Counted from the first letter of the stretch, positions 53,241 through 60,520 are shown. The stretch is 64,000 nt of DNA from Candidatus Komeilibacteria bacterium (GCA_048538275.1 JBLYPW010000004.1:7567-71566); one strand, 5' to 3'. Translations and numbers: made by a program. Notes: generated by a model not told the origin, from the sequence alone.

Positions 53241-53470
53241 AAAAATTACTATTGTTGCTACTAGGTTTTTATCAGAAATACCTATCGCCTGACAGCGGAC
53301 TATTCCGTCGCCCCCGATTGAGTGGAACGTGTCGTTTTTATCCCACCTGTTCAGAATATACCAAGCGGGCGATTGAAAAGTACGGCGCCTGGCAAGGGCT
53401 ATGCAAAGGCAGCAAAAGACTCATGCGCTGTCACCCTTGGTCTAAAGGGGGTCACGACCCATTAGTATAA
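53237..53470 (+). CDS. yidD: Membrane protein insertion efficiency factor YidD
   Basis: CRFYPTCSEY...RCHPW motif. Confidence 0.85.
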   Translation: MKKLLLLLLGFYQKYLSPDSGLFRRPRLSGTCRFYPTCSEYTKRAIEKYGAWQGLCKGSKRLMRCHPWSKGGHDPLV

Positions 53471-53474
53471 AATT

Positions 53475-54200
53475 ATGTTATCAGCTTTATATCACAATAT
53501 TTTATACCAGCCATTATTTAATATTTTGGTGTTTTTTTATGATATTATTCCGGTTAAAGATGTTGGCTGGTCCATTATCTTGTTAACGGTTGTAATTCGG
53601 TTGCTTTTATTTCCTTTATCAAAATCGTCTATTGAATCACAAAAGAAGTTACAGGATATAAAACCAGAGCTAGACGCGCTCAAAGAAAAACACAAAGACG
53701 ATAAAGAGGCTTTTGGTAAAGCCACCATGGCTCTGTATAAAGAAAAAAAAATAAACCCCGCTTCTTCCTGCTTGCCCTTATTAATACAGTTGCCTATTTT
53801 ATTTGCCGTATACCAAGTTCTTAGAGTTGGTTTAAGCAATGGCAGCTTTGACTTGTTGTATTCTTTTGTGAGCCACCCAGGTGTTATAAATAGTTTATTT
53901 TTAGGCTTTATAAATTTGGCAGAACCAAACATTGTTTTGGCCATTTTGGCTGGCTTGGGACAATATTTTCAATCTAAGATGATTATTAAAACACAGCCAG
54001 AGAAGAACAACAAAGCAAGTGGGAAGGCAGACTTGGCCGGAGCCATGAGCAAACAAATGCTGTATTTTATGCCTATTTTTACAGTTTTTATTGGCATGTC
54101 CTTACCTAGCGGTTTGGCTTTATATTGGTTGGTTTCAATTTTGTTAACTATTTTACAACAGTATTTGGTACTGCGAAAGACAAAAGTAACCCAAGTATAA
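53475..54200 (+). CDS. yidC: YidC/Oxa1-family membrane insertase (short form)
   Basis: 241 aa, 5 TM. Conserved synteny rpmH-rnpA-yidD-yidC. Confidence 0.8.
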   Translation: MLSALYHNILYQPLFNILVFFYDIIPVKDVGWSIILLTVVIRLLLFPLSKSSIESQKKLQDIKPELDALKEKHKDDKEAFGKATMALYKEKKINPASSCLPLLIQLPILFAVYQVLRVGLSNGSFDLLYSFVSHPGVINSLFLGFINLAEPNIVLAILAGLGQYFQSKMIIKTQPEKNNKASGKADLAGAMSKQMLYFMPIFTVFIGMSLPSGLALYWLVSILLTILQQYLVLRKTKVTQV

Positions 54201-54217
54201 AATTAAAGTATTACAAA

Positions 54218-54251
54218 TAAAAACCCCCTACCCTCGGGTAGGGGGTTTTTG
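54218..54251. terminator. Bidirectional rho-independent terminator AAAACCCCCTACCC/GGGTAGGGGGTTTT
   Basis: 14-bp stem between convergent genes. Confidence 0.85.
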
Positions 54252-54262
54252 TGTAAAGCAGT

Positions 54263-55006
54263 TTAAAAAAGCCTGTCGCTACCGACAATTACGGAAAGCT
54301 TATTAGGCGCTATTGAAACCCTTGCCGGTGGTTTGGTTTTGGCGACCTGATCAACGGTGATAAAGGCGCCGGTTTCAGAACAAACGACTTCAATGTCTGT
54401 AAAAGGCATAATAGTGGTGTCCGTTGTTTTTTTTATAAGACTGTCTGTGCTGGCGATAACACATTCAAGCTGTCCGTCGGTAGGGTCAAAAGAGCGCGTC
54501 ACTCCTCCCCCACTCATTATGCCGAGATTATTAAAAGTAACCGAGTTTTTTTGGCTGCGCGGACTGATGTTGAACTTGCCAAACTTAATCGTAGTGGGCT
54601 CGTTAATTATACTGGCAGAGTCCAGAAAATAATATCCCCCAATCCTGCCCAGGTCTACCTTTTTTATAATACGCTGGGCTAAAACATCGCAGGCCGCTTG
54701 ACCAGCCGGAACGCCCAAGATCTTTCCTATTTTAGATTTCTTATCAATCGGAATAACGCCAAGGGCGATGTTCTTGTCAGCTATAATATTTATTATTTTA
54801 GAAAAACTAAGGTCGTCGCCCACCACCACCACGGTTGTAACGCCCTGGCTAATTCCATCACTGACCACTTCGGCCATATTTTTCAAAACGTTTAAACGGA
54901 CAACGCGACCTTTAATACCCAAATCAACCAAACGATTTTCAATTTTGAAAATTAGCCCTTGGTATTTTTTAGCGGTAAGAAAACTATCGTATATGTAGAG
55001 ATACAT
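54263..55006 (-). CDS. DAGK_cat-family lipid kinase-like protein (YegS/BmrU-like) with degenerate GGDG motif
   Basis: TVVVVGDDLSFSKIINII aligns to the GGDGT loop. ALGVIPIDKKSKIGKILG aligns to the LGxLPxGTxN region. Confidence 0.5.
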   Translation of the reverse strand: MYLYIYDSFLTAKKYQGLIFKIENRLVDLGIKGRVVRLNVLKNMAEVVSDGISQGVTTVVVVGDDLSFSKIINIIADKNIALGVIPIDKKSKIGKILGVPAGQAACDVLAQRIIKKVDLGRIGGYYFLDSASIINEPTTIKFGKFNISPRSQKNSVTFNNLGIMSGGGVTRSFDPTDGQLECVIASTDSLIKKTTDTTIMPFTDIEVVCSETGAFITVDQVAKTKPPARVSIAPNKLSVIVGSDRLF

Positions 55007-55024
55007 AAAAACGGTAAAGGTGTG

Positions 55025-55420
55025 TTATTTTTTATTTTCTTCGCTTTCTTTGGTAGTTTTGGCAGCCGTCTCTTCCACAACATTACATTGGCCATTTAAA
55101 GTTGCGCCTAATTCAACCATTAAAAGTTTTGCAGAAACATTGCCTTTCACGCTAGCCTGGCTGGTTATATGAAGTTTTTCTTCAACAGTAATGTTGCCCA
55201 CAATAGAGCCTGCAATAAAGGCGTTTTTTGCATGGACTTCGGCTTTGACCTTAGATCCCTCACCGATTTTTAAATTGTTTTTAGTTTTAATGTTACCAAT
55301 AACCTCTCCTTCAATAATAATATCATGATTACTTATAAAATCTCCTTCAACTTTTACGGAGGAACCAATGATGGTTTCAGCGGTTTTAATGTCTTTAGCC
55401 GGGTTTTCTTCTTTGAACAT
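55025..55420 (-). CDS. Bactofilin family cytoskeletal protein
   Basis: Repetitive beta-helix motifs (IEGEVIGNIKTKNNLKIGEGSKVKAEVHAKNAFIAGSIVGNITV). Confidence 0.8.
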   Translation of the reverse strand: MFKEENPAKDIKTAETIIGSSVKVEGDFISNHDIIIEGEVIGNIKTKNNLKIGEGSKVKAEVHAKNAFIAGSIVGNITVEEKLHITSQASVKGNVSAKLLMVELGATLNGQCNVVEETAAKTTKESEENKK

Positions 55421-55513
55421 AGCCTTTTTGTTAAAAATAAAAATTTAGACAAATGGTCGCGGATATATTATATTATATAAGCTCTTGTTTACCAACCAAT
55501 AATTATCAACCTT

Positions 55514-55651
55514 ATGTCAACAGGCATTGAAAAAAAAGATCTTTATATTATATTAGGCACGATGGTAGCCTATATAGCGCTATTTATTGCGTTGAAATTG
55601 TGGGACATGCAAACCGGTGTTTTAGAAAGTTTAGCTGCCGGCATAATTTAG
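55514..55651 (+). CDS. Possible small membrane peptide (45 aa)
   Basis: Hand-translated MSTGIEKKDLYIILGTMVAYIALFIALKLWDMQTGVLESLAAGII. No strong RBS. Confidence 0.2.
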   Translation: MSTGIEKKDLYIILGTMVAYIALFIALKLWDMQTGVLESLAAGII

Positions 55652-55710
55652 TGTTTTACGACGCATAATTTGGTCTAATATTATATAAAATTATATTTTA
55701 TAGTAAAATT

Positions 55711-55724
55711 GTTCCAGCTGGAAC
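55711..55724. repeat. Perfect 14-bp palindrome GTTCCAGCTGGAAC overlapping the putative tRNA-Arg promoter (copy 1 of 2)
   Basis: Exact dyad. A near-identical palindrome occurs at 57225..57238. Confidence 0.8.
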
Positions 55725-55740
55725 GATTTTATTTACACAA

Positions 55741-55815
55741 GCTCTCGTAGTTCAACGGATAGAACAAGGCACTCCTAACGCCTAGATGTAGGTTCGATTC
55801 CTGCCGAGAGCACCA
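55741..55815 (+). tRNA. tRNA-Arg (anticodon CCT), encoded CCA
   Basis: Hand fold: acceptor GCTCTCG/CGAGAGC, D GTTC/GAAC, anticodon loop CTCCTAA with an A31:C39 mismatch, T-arm GTAGG TTCGATT CCTGC. Confidence 0.8.
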
Positions 55816-55945
55816 CTTAGGAAAGCTCAACACCGCGTGTTTGATTTTTTTTGTATTTAATTTCGGATTAAAAACGGAATACGCGATTTTGTTTGAGCAA
55901 TGAAAAACCCCTTAGAAGCTATCAAAAAGCGGCGCTTGCTACCTC

Positions 55946-55974
55946 TTGACTTTTATGGCATAATATGCTAAGAT
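55946..55974 (+). promoter_or_regulatory. Consensus-like promoter TTGACT, 17 nt spacer, TAAGAT driving the GC-rich downstream segment
   Basis: Hexamers and spacing. RBS GAGGT 6 nt before the ATG at 56045. Confidence 0.5.
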
Positions 55975-56044
55975 CTGAAACAGAGTGGTTGGGCTATAGT
56001 AGTTTGACCAAAATCGCACATTCCCAATAGAAACGAGGTAACAA

Positions 56045-56520
56045 ATGCAGATCGTATTAACGTTTCTTTATCTGCTGGTGGGATTTCTACTGGCGATTCC
56101 GTACTGCCTGCTAGCGGGATGGAGCACGGAGAGTTACCCGATGGTTGCTTTCGTGATGCCTGATTCCTGTTCATCTGGCTCATGTTGGCGTTTTTCACAG
56201 GCGTGGTGGACGAGGGTCATCCGATCAGCTTTAACTGGCGCGCTGCCTTCGGCAAGGGTGACCGCCGAAGACTGACGGGATCTCCTGTCATGCTCTGGGC
56301 GTGGACTATCTACGGTTTTCTACCGGTGACTATCCACTGGAGCGCAGTGTTTTTAGGTAAAGTTGGCTATGAGACGGCCAGCTCGTTTCTGGATGCACAT
56401 CGTTACGGGAGCCCGTTCTTAGTCCTTATAGCGACCTTTATCCTACTAATTCTCAGCCGGCTAGCTATTAATGCGTCTGGTGCGGCAAAGAATATATGGA
56501 CGCGGCTCGTCAATCAGTAG
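56045..56520 (+). pseudogene. GC-rich (above 50%) frameshifted small membrane-protein gene, likely horizontally acquired
   Basis: Frame 2 ORF 56045..56275 (MQIVLTFLYLLVGFLLAIPYCLLAGW...) and frame 1 ORF 56164..56520 (FLFIWLMLAFFTGVV...ILLILSRLAI) overlap and together encode about 4 TM helices. G+C-rich codon usage unlike host genes. Confidence 0.4.
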
Positions 56521-56541
56521 CGAATGGTGTTCTATTCAATT

Positions 56542-56583
56542 GGGGCTCTCCACGGATAATCGTGAGTTGAGCCCCTTTTCTTT
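56542..56583 (+). terminator. Rho-independent terminator GGGGCTC/GAGCCCC plus TTTTCTTT
   Basis: 7-bp GC stem and T-run 22 nt after the 56520 stop. Confidence 0.6.
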
Positions 56584-57189
56584 AATTTCCTCTTTATTTT
56601 TATGTCATAATTGTGTTCGCAGCGCGCCTTCGGAATTATTGGTTGTAAAAGGACTGGAAATTGTTATCGGTGTGACAAAGTTATATTTTGCAAGGCGTTT
56701 TCCAGTTGCAGTAGGCATCAGAACCAGTTCGCGCTATTTTAAAAACAGAGCGCTAAGGCGCCCACGGGAAGCATTGGGAGGCGCTCACATTGACAAAAAG
56801 TATAATATTTGTTATTATTGCTTGATTGATTATAGAAATATAACAGCAAAAGCTTGCTTATAGGAGGCACATATTGGAAGCATTAGTGTTTCATTTGAAC
56901 GAAAGACTTGGTGTTTTTTTAGAAACAAAGCCTTTTTTTGTTTGTAACCCGGGTGCTTGTCTATTTAAATCCGGTCGCAATTTTGCCACAAGCAATTAGT
57001 TCAGTTTTGGAGAGTCGGTAGAAGGAGCCTCGCCGGGCATGTGATATATGTTTTATGCCATACAAACAGCTTTTGTTTTTATTGGGATAAAGGAGAAAAA
57101 TTCGGCTGTTTTTGGTTCAATGCTAGTCAGTTTTATTTTATCCATAATAATTATAGTTGCGGTCACAGTTAGAAACCATGATGACCGCA

Positions 57190-57224
57190 CCCCCCCCCAT
57201 TTTAAAGAATAAGTGGGGTTTTTT
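57190..57224 (+). terminator. C-run (C9-10) followed by CCCCA/TGGGG hairpin and a T6 tract
   Basis: Preceded by a GCGGTCA/TGACCGC hairpin at 57159..57188. Confidence 0.35.
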
Positions 57225-57238
57225 GTTCCACGTGGAAC
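57225..57238. repeat. Perfect 14-bp palindrome GTTCCACGTGGAAC (copy 2 of 2)
   Basis: Same TTGTTCCA..TGGAACRA context as copy 1. Confidence 0.8.
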
Positions 57239-57467
57239 AAAAGAAGAGTGCTATTTGGCGGCATTACCACCTAATCTCTTGTTTTAAGCAGTTTATCATA
57301 AAGGACAGATTTAGAGGTTTTTATCGTTTTCTTGGCTTAGAGCGAGCAAATGTTGTAAATAATAAACAGCTTTTCAATTTCAATACCTTGACAACTATGT
57401 ATAATTGTGCTAAATTAAATAATCAATGAAATTTGACAATTTTAATTAAACAACAAAAGGAGAAAAA

Positions 57468-57932
57468 ATGGATGCTTTACGGCCATCAGTGCTTATTTGG
57501 TGGACCAAACTGGGGAAATATCAAGTAGTGGTAACAATTGTTACCTTGGCGGTTTATTTTAGCACTGCATATTTTACCGGGGACAAGGTACTAGCCGCCT
57601 TTGCCGCTCCCACCGCCGCCTTAATCGTCGCTTTGGGTGCTTTGGTCGTCGCCATGATCACCTTTGCCCCACCCCTGGCCGCTTCTGCTGCTGCCTTGGT
57701 TGTCACCCTTGCCGCTCCCACCGCCCTCTTGGCCACCTCGGCCGCTCCCGCAGCTACCTTGGTTATCGCCTTGGTCACCCCCATAGCCTTGGTCACCTTG
57801 GTTGCCGCCATAGTCGTGTCTGCCGACGCCAAAGAGCAGCGGGGCACCATAAGCCATAAGACAATTATTTTTACTTATGGGATGCAGTTCGTTTTCATAT
57901 TCACTCCAATATGGATATCAATGATTGGTTGA
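57468..57932 (+). CDS. Hypothetical membrane protein with GC-rich Ala/Pro/Thr/Val low-complexity core
   Basis: Excellent RBS AAAGGAGAAAAA ATG. The ORF extends about 40 aa before and about 30 aa after the repeat core. A terminator follows. The antisense strand carries Gly-rich ORFs (57621..57857). Confidence 0.4.
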   Translation: MDALRPSVLIWWTKLGKYQVVVTIVTLAVYFSTAYFTGDKVLAAFAAPTAALIVALGALVVAMITFAPPLAASAAALVVTLAAPTALLATSAAPAATLVIALVTPIALVTLVAAIVVSADAKEQRGTISHKTIIFTYGMQFVFIFTPIWISMIG

Positions 57933-57949
57933 GGAGTGATAAAATTGAC

Positions 57950-57982
57950 TTGGAGCATGTCATTAAACTGCTCCTTTTTTAT
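57950..57982 (+). terminator. Rho-independent terminator GGAGCA/TGCTCC plus a T7 run
   Basis: Directly after the 57932 stop. Confidence 0.65.
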
Positions 57983-58122
57983 TTTGTTTAACAATAATTA
58001 TTATGCTTTTAGATTTTACTATTGATAGTTTTTCCGATTTACTTTAGAATATTAACGCTTGTGGTATTAGCTTAGTTTCAGCCAGAGGCTGACCAAACCT
58101 TGGTTGGGGCTAGACATTTCGC

Positions 58123-58199
58123 GGGGTATTAGCTCAGTTGGCTAGAGCGCTTCCTTCGCATGGAAGAGGTCGCCGGTTCAAATCCGGCATACTCCACCA
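58123..58199 (+). tRNA. tRNA-Ala (anticodon CGC), G3:U70, encoded CCA
   Basis: Hand fold: acceptor GGGGTAT/ATACTCC, anticodon loop TTCGCAT, T-arm GCCGG TTCAAAT CCGGC. Confidence 0.85.
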
Positions 58200-58227
58200 C
58201 CCAAAACCAACATTTGTTTAAGAATTT

Positions 58228-58653
58228 ATGCAAATTGATAAAAAGAAAACATACTTGGCGTATATAGTTAACGCCGTAGGTTCTAAACTATGGCGGGATT
58301 TATATTTTGAAGACGGTAAGAACATAACAAGCTCCGGCGAATATAGCTGCGCTGTTTTTGTTTCCACGGTCTTATATATTTTGGGTTGGTTGGATGGTTT
58401 GCATGCGACTGTAATTTCAACAGAAGCAGCTCTGCAAAATTCGGGTTGGCAAGTTGTTGAAAAACCAAAAGCAGGAGACGTGATTGTTTGGCCGGAAAAC
58501 GACCAGGGTAACAAACACATTGGTTTTGTAATTTGCGACAGTGAAGCGGTAAGTAATAGTAGTCGGTTAAAAAGAATAGTTAAACATCATATAACTTACA
58601 AAGGGAAAAGAAATTGGCAAGCATTGTATCGTTTTCCAGGGATGAATGATTGA
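58228..58653 (+). CDS. NlpC/P60-like papain-fold cysteine peptidase domain protein, no signal peptide
   Basis: SSGEYSCAVFV (the Cys motif, cf. DCSGFV) and GDVIVWPEN...HIGFVI (the His motif, cf. GDLVFF..HVGIYIG). Confidence 0.5.
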   Translation: MQIDKKKTYLAYIVNAVGSKLWRDLYFEDGKNITSSGEYSCAVFVSTVLYILGWLDGLHATVISTEAALQNSGWQVVEKPKAGDVIVWPENDQGNKHIGFVICDSEAVSNSSRLKRIVKHHITYKGKRNWQALYRFPGMND

Positions 58654-58688
58654 CAGAAGCGAAAAAAATCATATAATAGAATCTACGT

Positions 58689-58765
58689 GGGCCCGTAGCT
58701 CAGTTGGTTAGAGCGCTTGCATGGCATGCAAGAGGCCGCCGGTTCGAATCCAGTCGGGTCCACCA
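58689..58765 (+). tRNA. tRNA-Ala (anticodon GGC), G3:U70, encoded CCA, one C:A mismatch in the T-stem
   Basis: Hand fold: acceptor GGGCCCG/CGGGTCC, anticodon loop ATGGCAT, T-arm GCCGG TTCGAAT CCAGT. Confidence 0.8.
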
Positions 58766-58810
58766 CGTCTGTAGAGTTAATTCATAAATTAACTCTACAG
58801 ACGTGGTTTA
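58766..58810 (+). terminator. Perfect 17-bp hairpin CGTCTGTAGAGTTAATT/AATTAACTCTACAGACG immediately 3' of tRNA-Ala, weak U-tail
   Basis: Exact inverted repeat with a CATA loop, followed by TGGTTTAT. Confidence 0.5.
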
Positions 58811-58877
58811 TAAAGGAACTGTTTTTAGCGGTTCCTTTTGTTGTTCTTCGTGGAATAGAATAATTATAGGTGCTGGC

Positions 58878-58921
58878 TTGACAAGGCGCGCGTGATGATA
58901 TATAATACCCCCAGGGGGTAT
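58878..58921 (+). promoter_or_regulatory. Consensus sigma70 promoter (TTGACA, 17 nt spacer, TATAAT) overlapped by a perfect 17-bp palindrome ATACCCCCAGGGGGTAT (CsoR/RcnR-family type operator)
   Basis: The palindrome at 58905..58921 starts inside the -10 hexamer and ends 6 nt before the ATG of the CsoR-family gene. Confidence 0.7.
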
Positions 58922-58927
58922 ACACAT

Positions 58928-59188
58928 ATGACAGTTAAAAAACAAATTAGCAATAAAGATTTAAGCAATCGCTTCAATCGTTTGCGCGGCCAATTGGAGG
59001 GCCTGCAAAAAATGTTAGCAGACGAACGTGAGTGCTCTGACGTGTTAACACAATTAGCGGCGGTAAGGGCGGCTTTGTCTAACTTGGGTTTAGTTATCTT
59101 ACAAAATGAGACATCTTGCTTAAAACTTAGGGGTAAGGAGCGCGAGCGCTTAAACGAAGTGATCGCCAGATTTTTTAAGACTAATTAA
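58928..59188 (+). CDS. CsoR/RcnR/FrmR (DUF156) family metal- or thiol-sensing transcriptional repressor; two Cys, no His (CstR-like)
   Basis: LRGQLEGLQKMLADERECSDVLTQLAAVRAALSNLGLVILQNETSC matches the family signature L.RI.GQ..g...M.e..r.C.dvl.Q..Av..Al. Confidence 0.8.
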   Translation: MTVKKQISNKDLSNRFNRLRGQLEGLQKMLADERECSDVLTQLAAVRAALSNLGLVILQNETSCLKLRGKERERLNEVIARFFKTN

Positions 59189-59201
59189 TTATTGTGACAT
59201 T

Positions 59202-60131
59202 ATGACAGACAATAAATATGATATTATTATTGCCGGTTCTGGACCGGCTGGTTGGACGGCGGCTATTTATGCTACGCGAGCAGAGTTTAAGACTTTAGTT
59301 GTGTCTGGTAGAGAAATGGGAGGACAATTGATGACTACGACGGATGTGGAAAACTTTCCCGGATTTCCAGAAGGAATTCAAGGGCCAGAATTGATGACCA
59401 AAATGCAAGAACAGGCGCGGCGTTTTGGCGCGGAAATTATTGCTAAAGATGTTTCTAAAATTGTAAAAAAAGGGGAAAAAGATTTTATTGTTAAAGTAGA
59501 TGATGATGAGTATCGGGCGCGAGCTGTTATTATCTCCACTGGCGCAAGTGCTCGTTGGTTGAACTTACCCAGCGAAACAAAATTACGCGGCAAGGGCGTC
59601 TCTGCTTGCGCCACTTGTGACGGATTCTTTTTTAAAGATAAAATTGTAGCAGTTGTTGGGGGCGGAGACGCAGCTATGGAAGAAGCTACTTTTTTGACCA
59701 AGTTTGCCAAGCAAGTGCACGTATTGGCGCGAGCCGATGAGGGCAAATTACGTGCCAGTAAAATAATGCAAGAACGCGCTTTTCAGAATAATAAGATAAA
59801 GTTTTATTATAATACAGAGGTGCAAGAGGTGTTGGGAGACGAAAAAGTCAGGGGTTTAAAAGTGATTAATAACAAAACTCAAGCAGTGAGTCAGCTGGAC
59901 ATTGATGGTTTGTTTGTGGCCATCGGCCATAAACCGAATACGGACTTTATTAAAGGCTTGGTAGGGGTTGACCGGAAGGGTTATGTGGTTTTGCAGGAAA
60001 ATACTCAGAGTAGCGTGCCTGGTATTTTTGTGGCCGGCGATGTGGCTGACCATCGTTATCGTCAGGCTATTACGGCGGCCGGCACCGGCTGTCAGGCAGC
60101 CCTGGACGCCCAGCACTATCTAACAGAGTAA
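59202..60131 (+). CDS. trxB: Thioredoxin-disulfide reductase
   Basis: FAD GSGPAG motif. Redox CATCDG motif. NADPH GGGDAAME motif. Confidence 0.92.
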   Translation: MTDNKYDIIIAGSGPAGWTAAIYATRAEFKTLVVSGREMGGQLMTTTDVENFPGFPEGIQGPELMTKMQEQARRFGAEIIAKDVSKIVKKGEKDFIVKVDDDEYRARAVIISTGASARWLNLPSETKLRGKGVSACATCDGFFFKDKIVAVVGGGDAAMEEATFLTKFAKQVHVLARADEGKLRASKIMQERAFQNNKIKFYYNTEVQEVLGDEKVRGLKVINNKTQAVSQLDIDGLFVAIGHKPNTDFIKGLVGVDRKGYVVLQENTQSSVPGIFVAGDVADHRYRQAITAAGTGCQAALDAQHYLTE

Positions 60132-60195
60132 TTTGTAAAATTTATTATTTGGTTTATAATTAAATTTCTAAATTAAAAATTAACAGTTAATTAAT

Positions 60196-60513
60196 ATGGC
60201 ACAATTTGTTACCGATCAAGACTTTGCTGAAGAAGTTTTAAAATCAGACATACCGGTCTTTGTTGACTTTTACGCTCCCTGGTGCGGTCCTTGTAAAATG
60301 ATGGAGCCAATAGTTGAAGAGCTTGCCAAAGAGTATGAAGGCAAGATAAAAATAGTAAAGCTAAATGTAGATGAAAATCCAACCACCGCTCAGCAATTTC
60401 AAGTGATGAGCATCCCCACTATGTTTATTTTTAGGGGCGGTCAAGCAGTTGATCAAATGATTGGTTATCAAGACAAAGCTAGCTTGAAAGAAAGATTTGA
60501 TAAATTATCTTAA
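60196..60513 (+). CDS. trxA: Thioredoxin
   Basis: WCGPCK active site. 105 aa. Confidence 0.92.
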   Translation: MAQFVTDQDFAEEVLKSDIPVFVDFYAPWCGPCKMMEPIVEELAKEYEGKIKIVKLNVDENPTTAQQFQVMSIPTMFIFRGGQAVDQMIGYQDKASLKERFDKLS

Positions 60514-60520
60514 GATATAA

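Noticed and set aside
55711-55724. LexA/Cheo-type SOS box
   Set aside because: The palindrome is GTTC-N6-GAAC, not the GAAC-N4-GTTC arrangement of Cheo boxes, and it is not positioned before recA, uvrB or lexA-like genes.
56471-56863. 130-aa ORF in the GC-rich segment
   Set aside because: Translation is Arg/Cys/Ser-rich with no hydrophobic core or start context. It spans the 56542-56583 terminator. More likely non-coding.
55985-57250. tmRNA, RNase P RNA, SRP RNA or group II intron in the GC-rich non-coding stretch
   Set aside because: I looked by eye for tRNA-like 3' ends (GGTTCGA), P4 strands (AAGTCCGG / ACAGAACCCGG), GGAAGCAGCC and domain-V-like hairpins, and found none. A large ncRNA cannot be excluded without Infernal.
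57621-57857. Calling the Gly-rich minus-strand ORF as the primary CDS
   Set aside because: Not adopted as the primary call because it lacks an RBS and is confined to the repeat core, whereas the plus ORF extends into normal-composition flanks with an RBS and terminator. It is retained as an open question in the findings.
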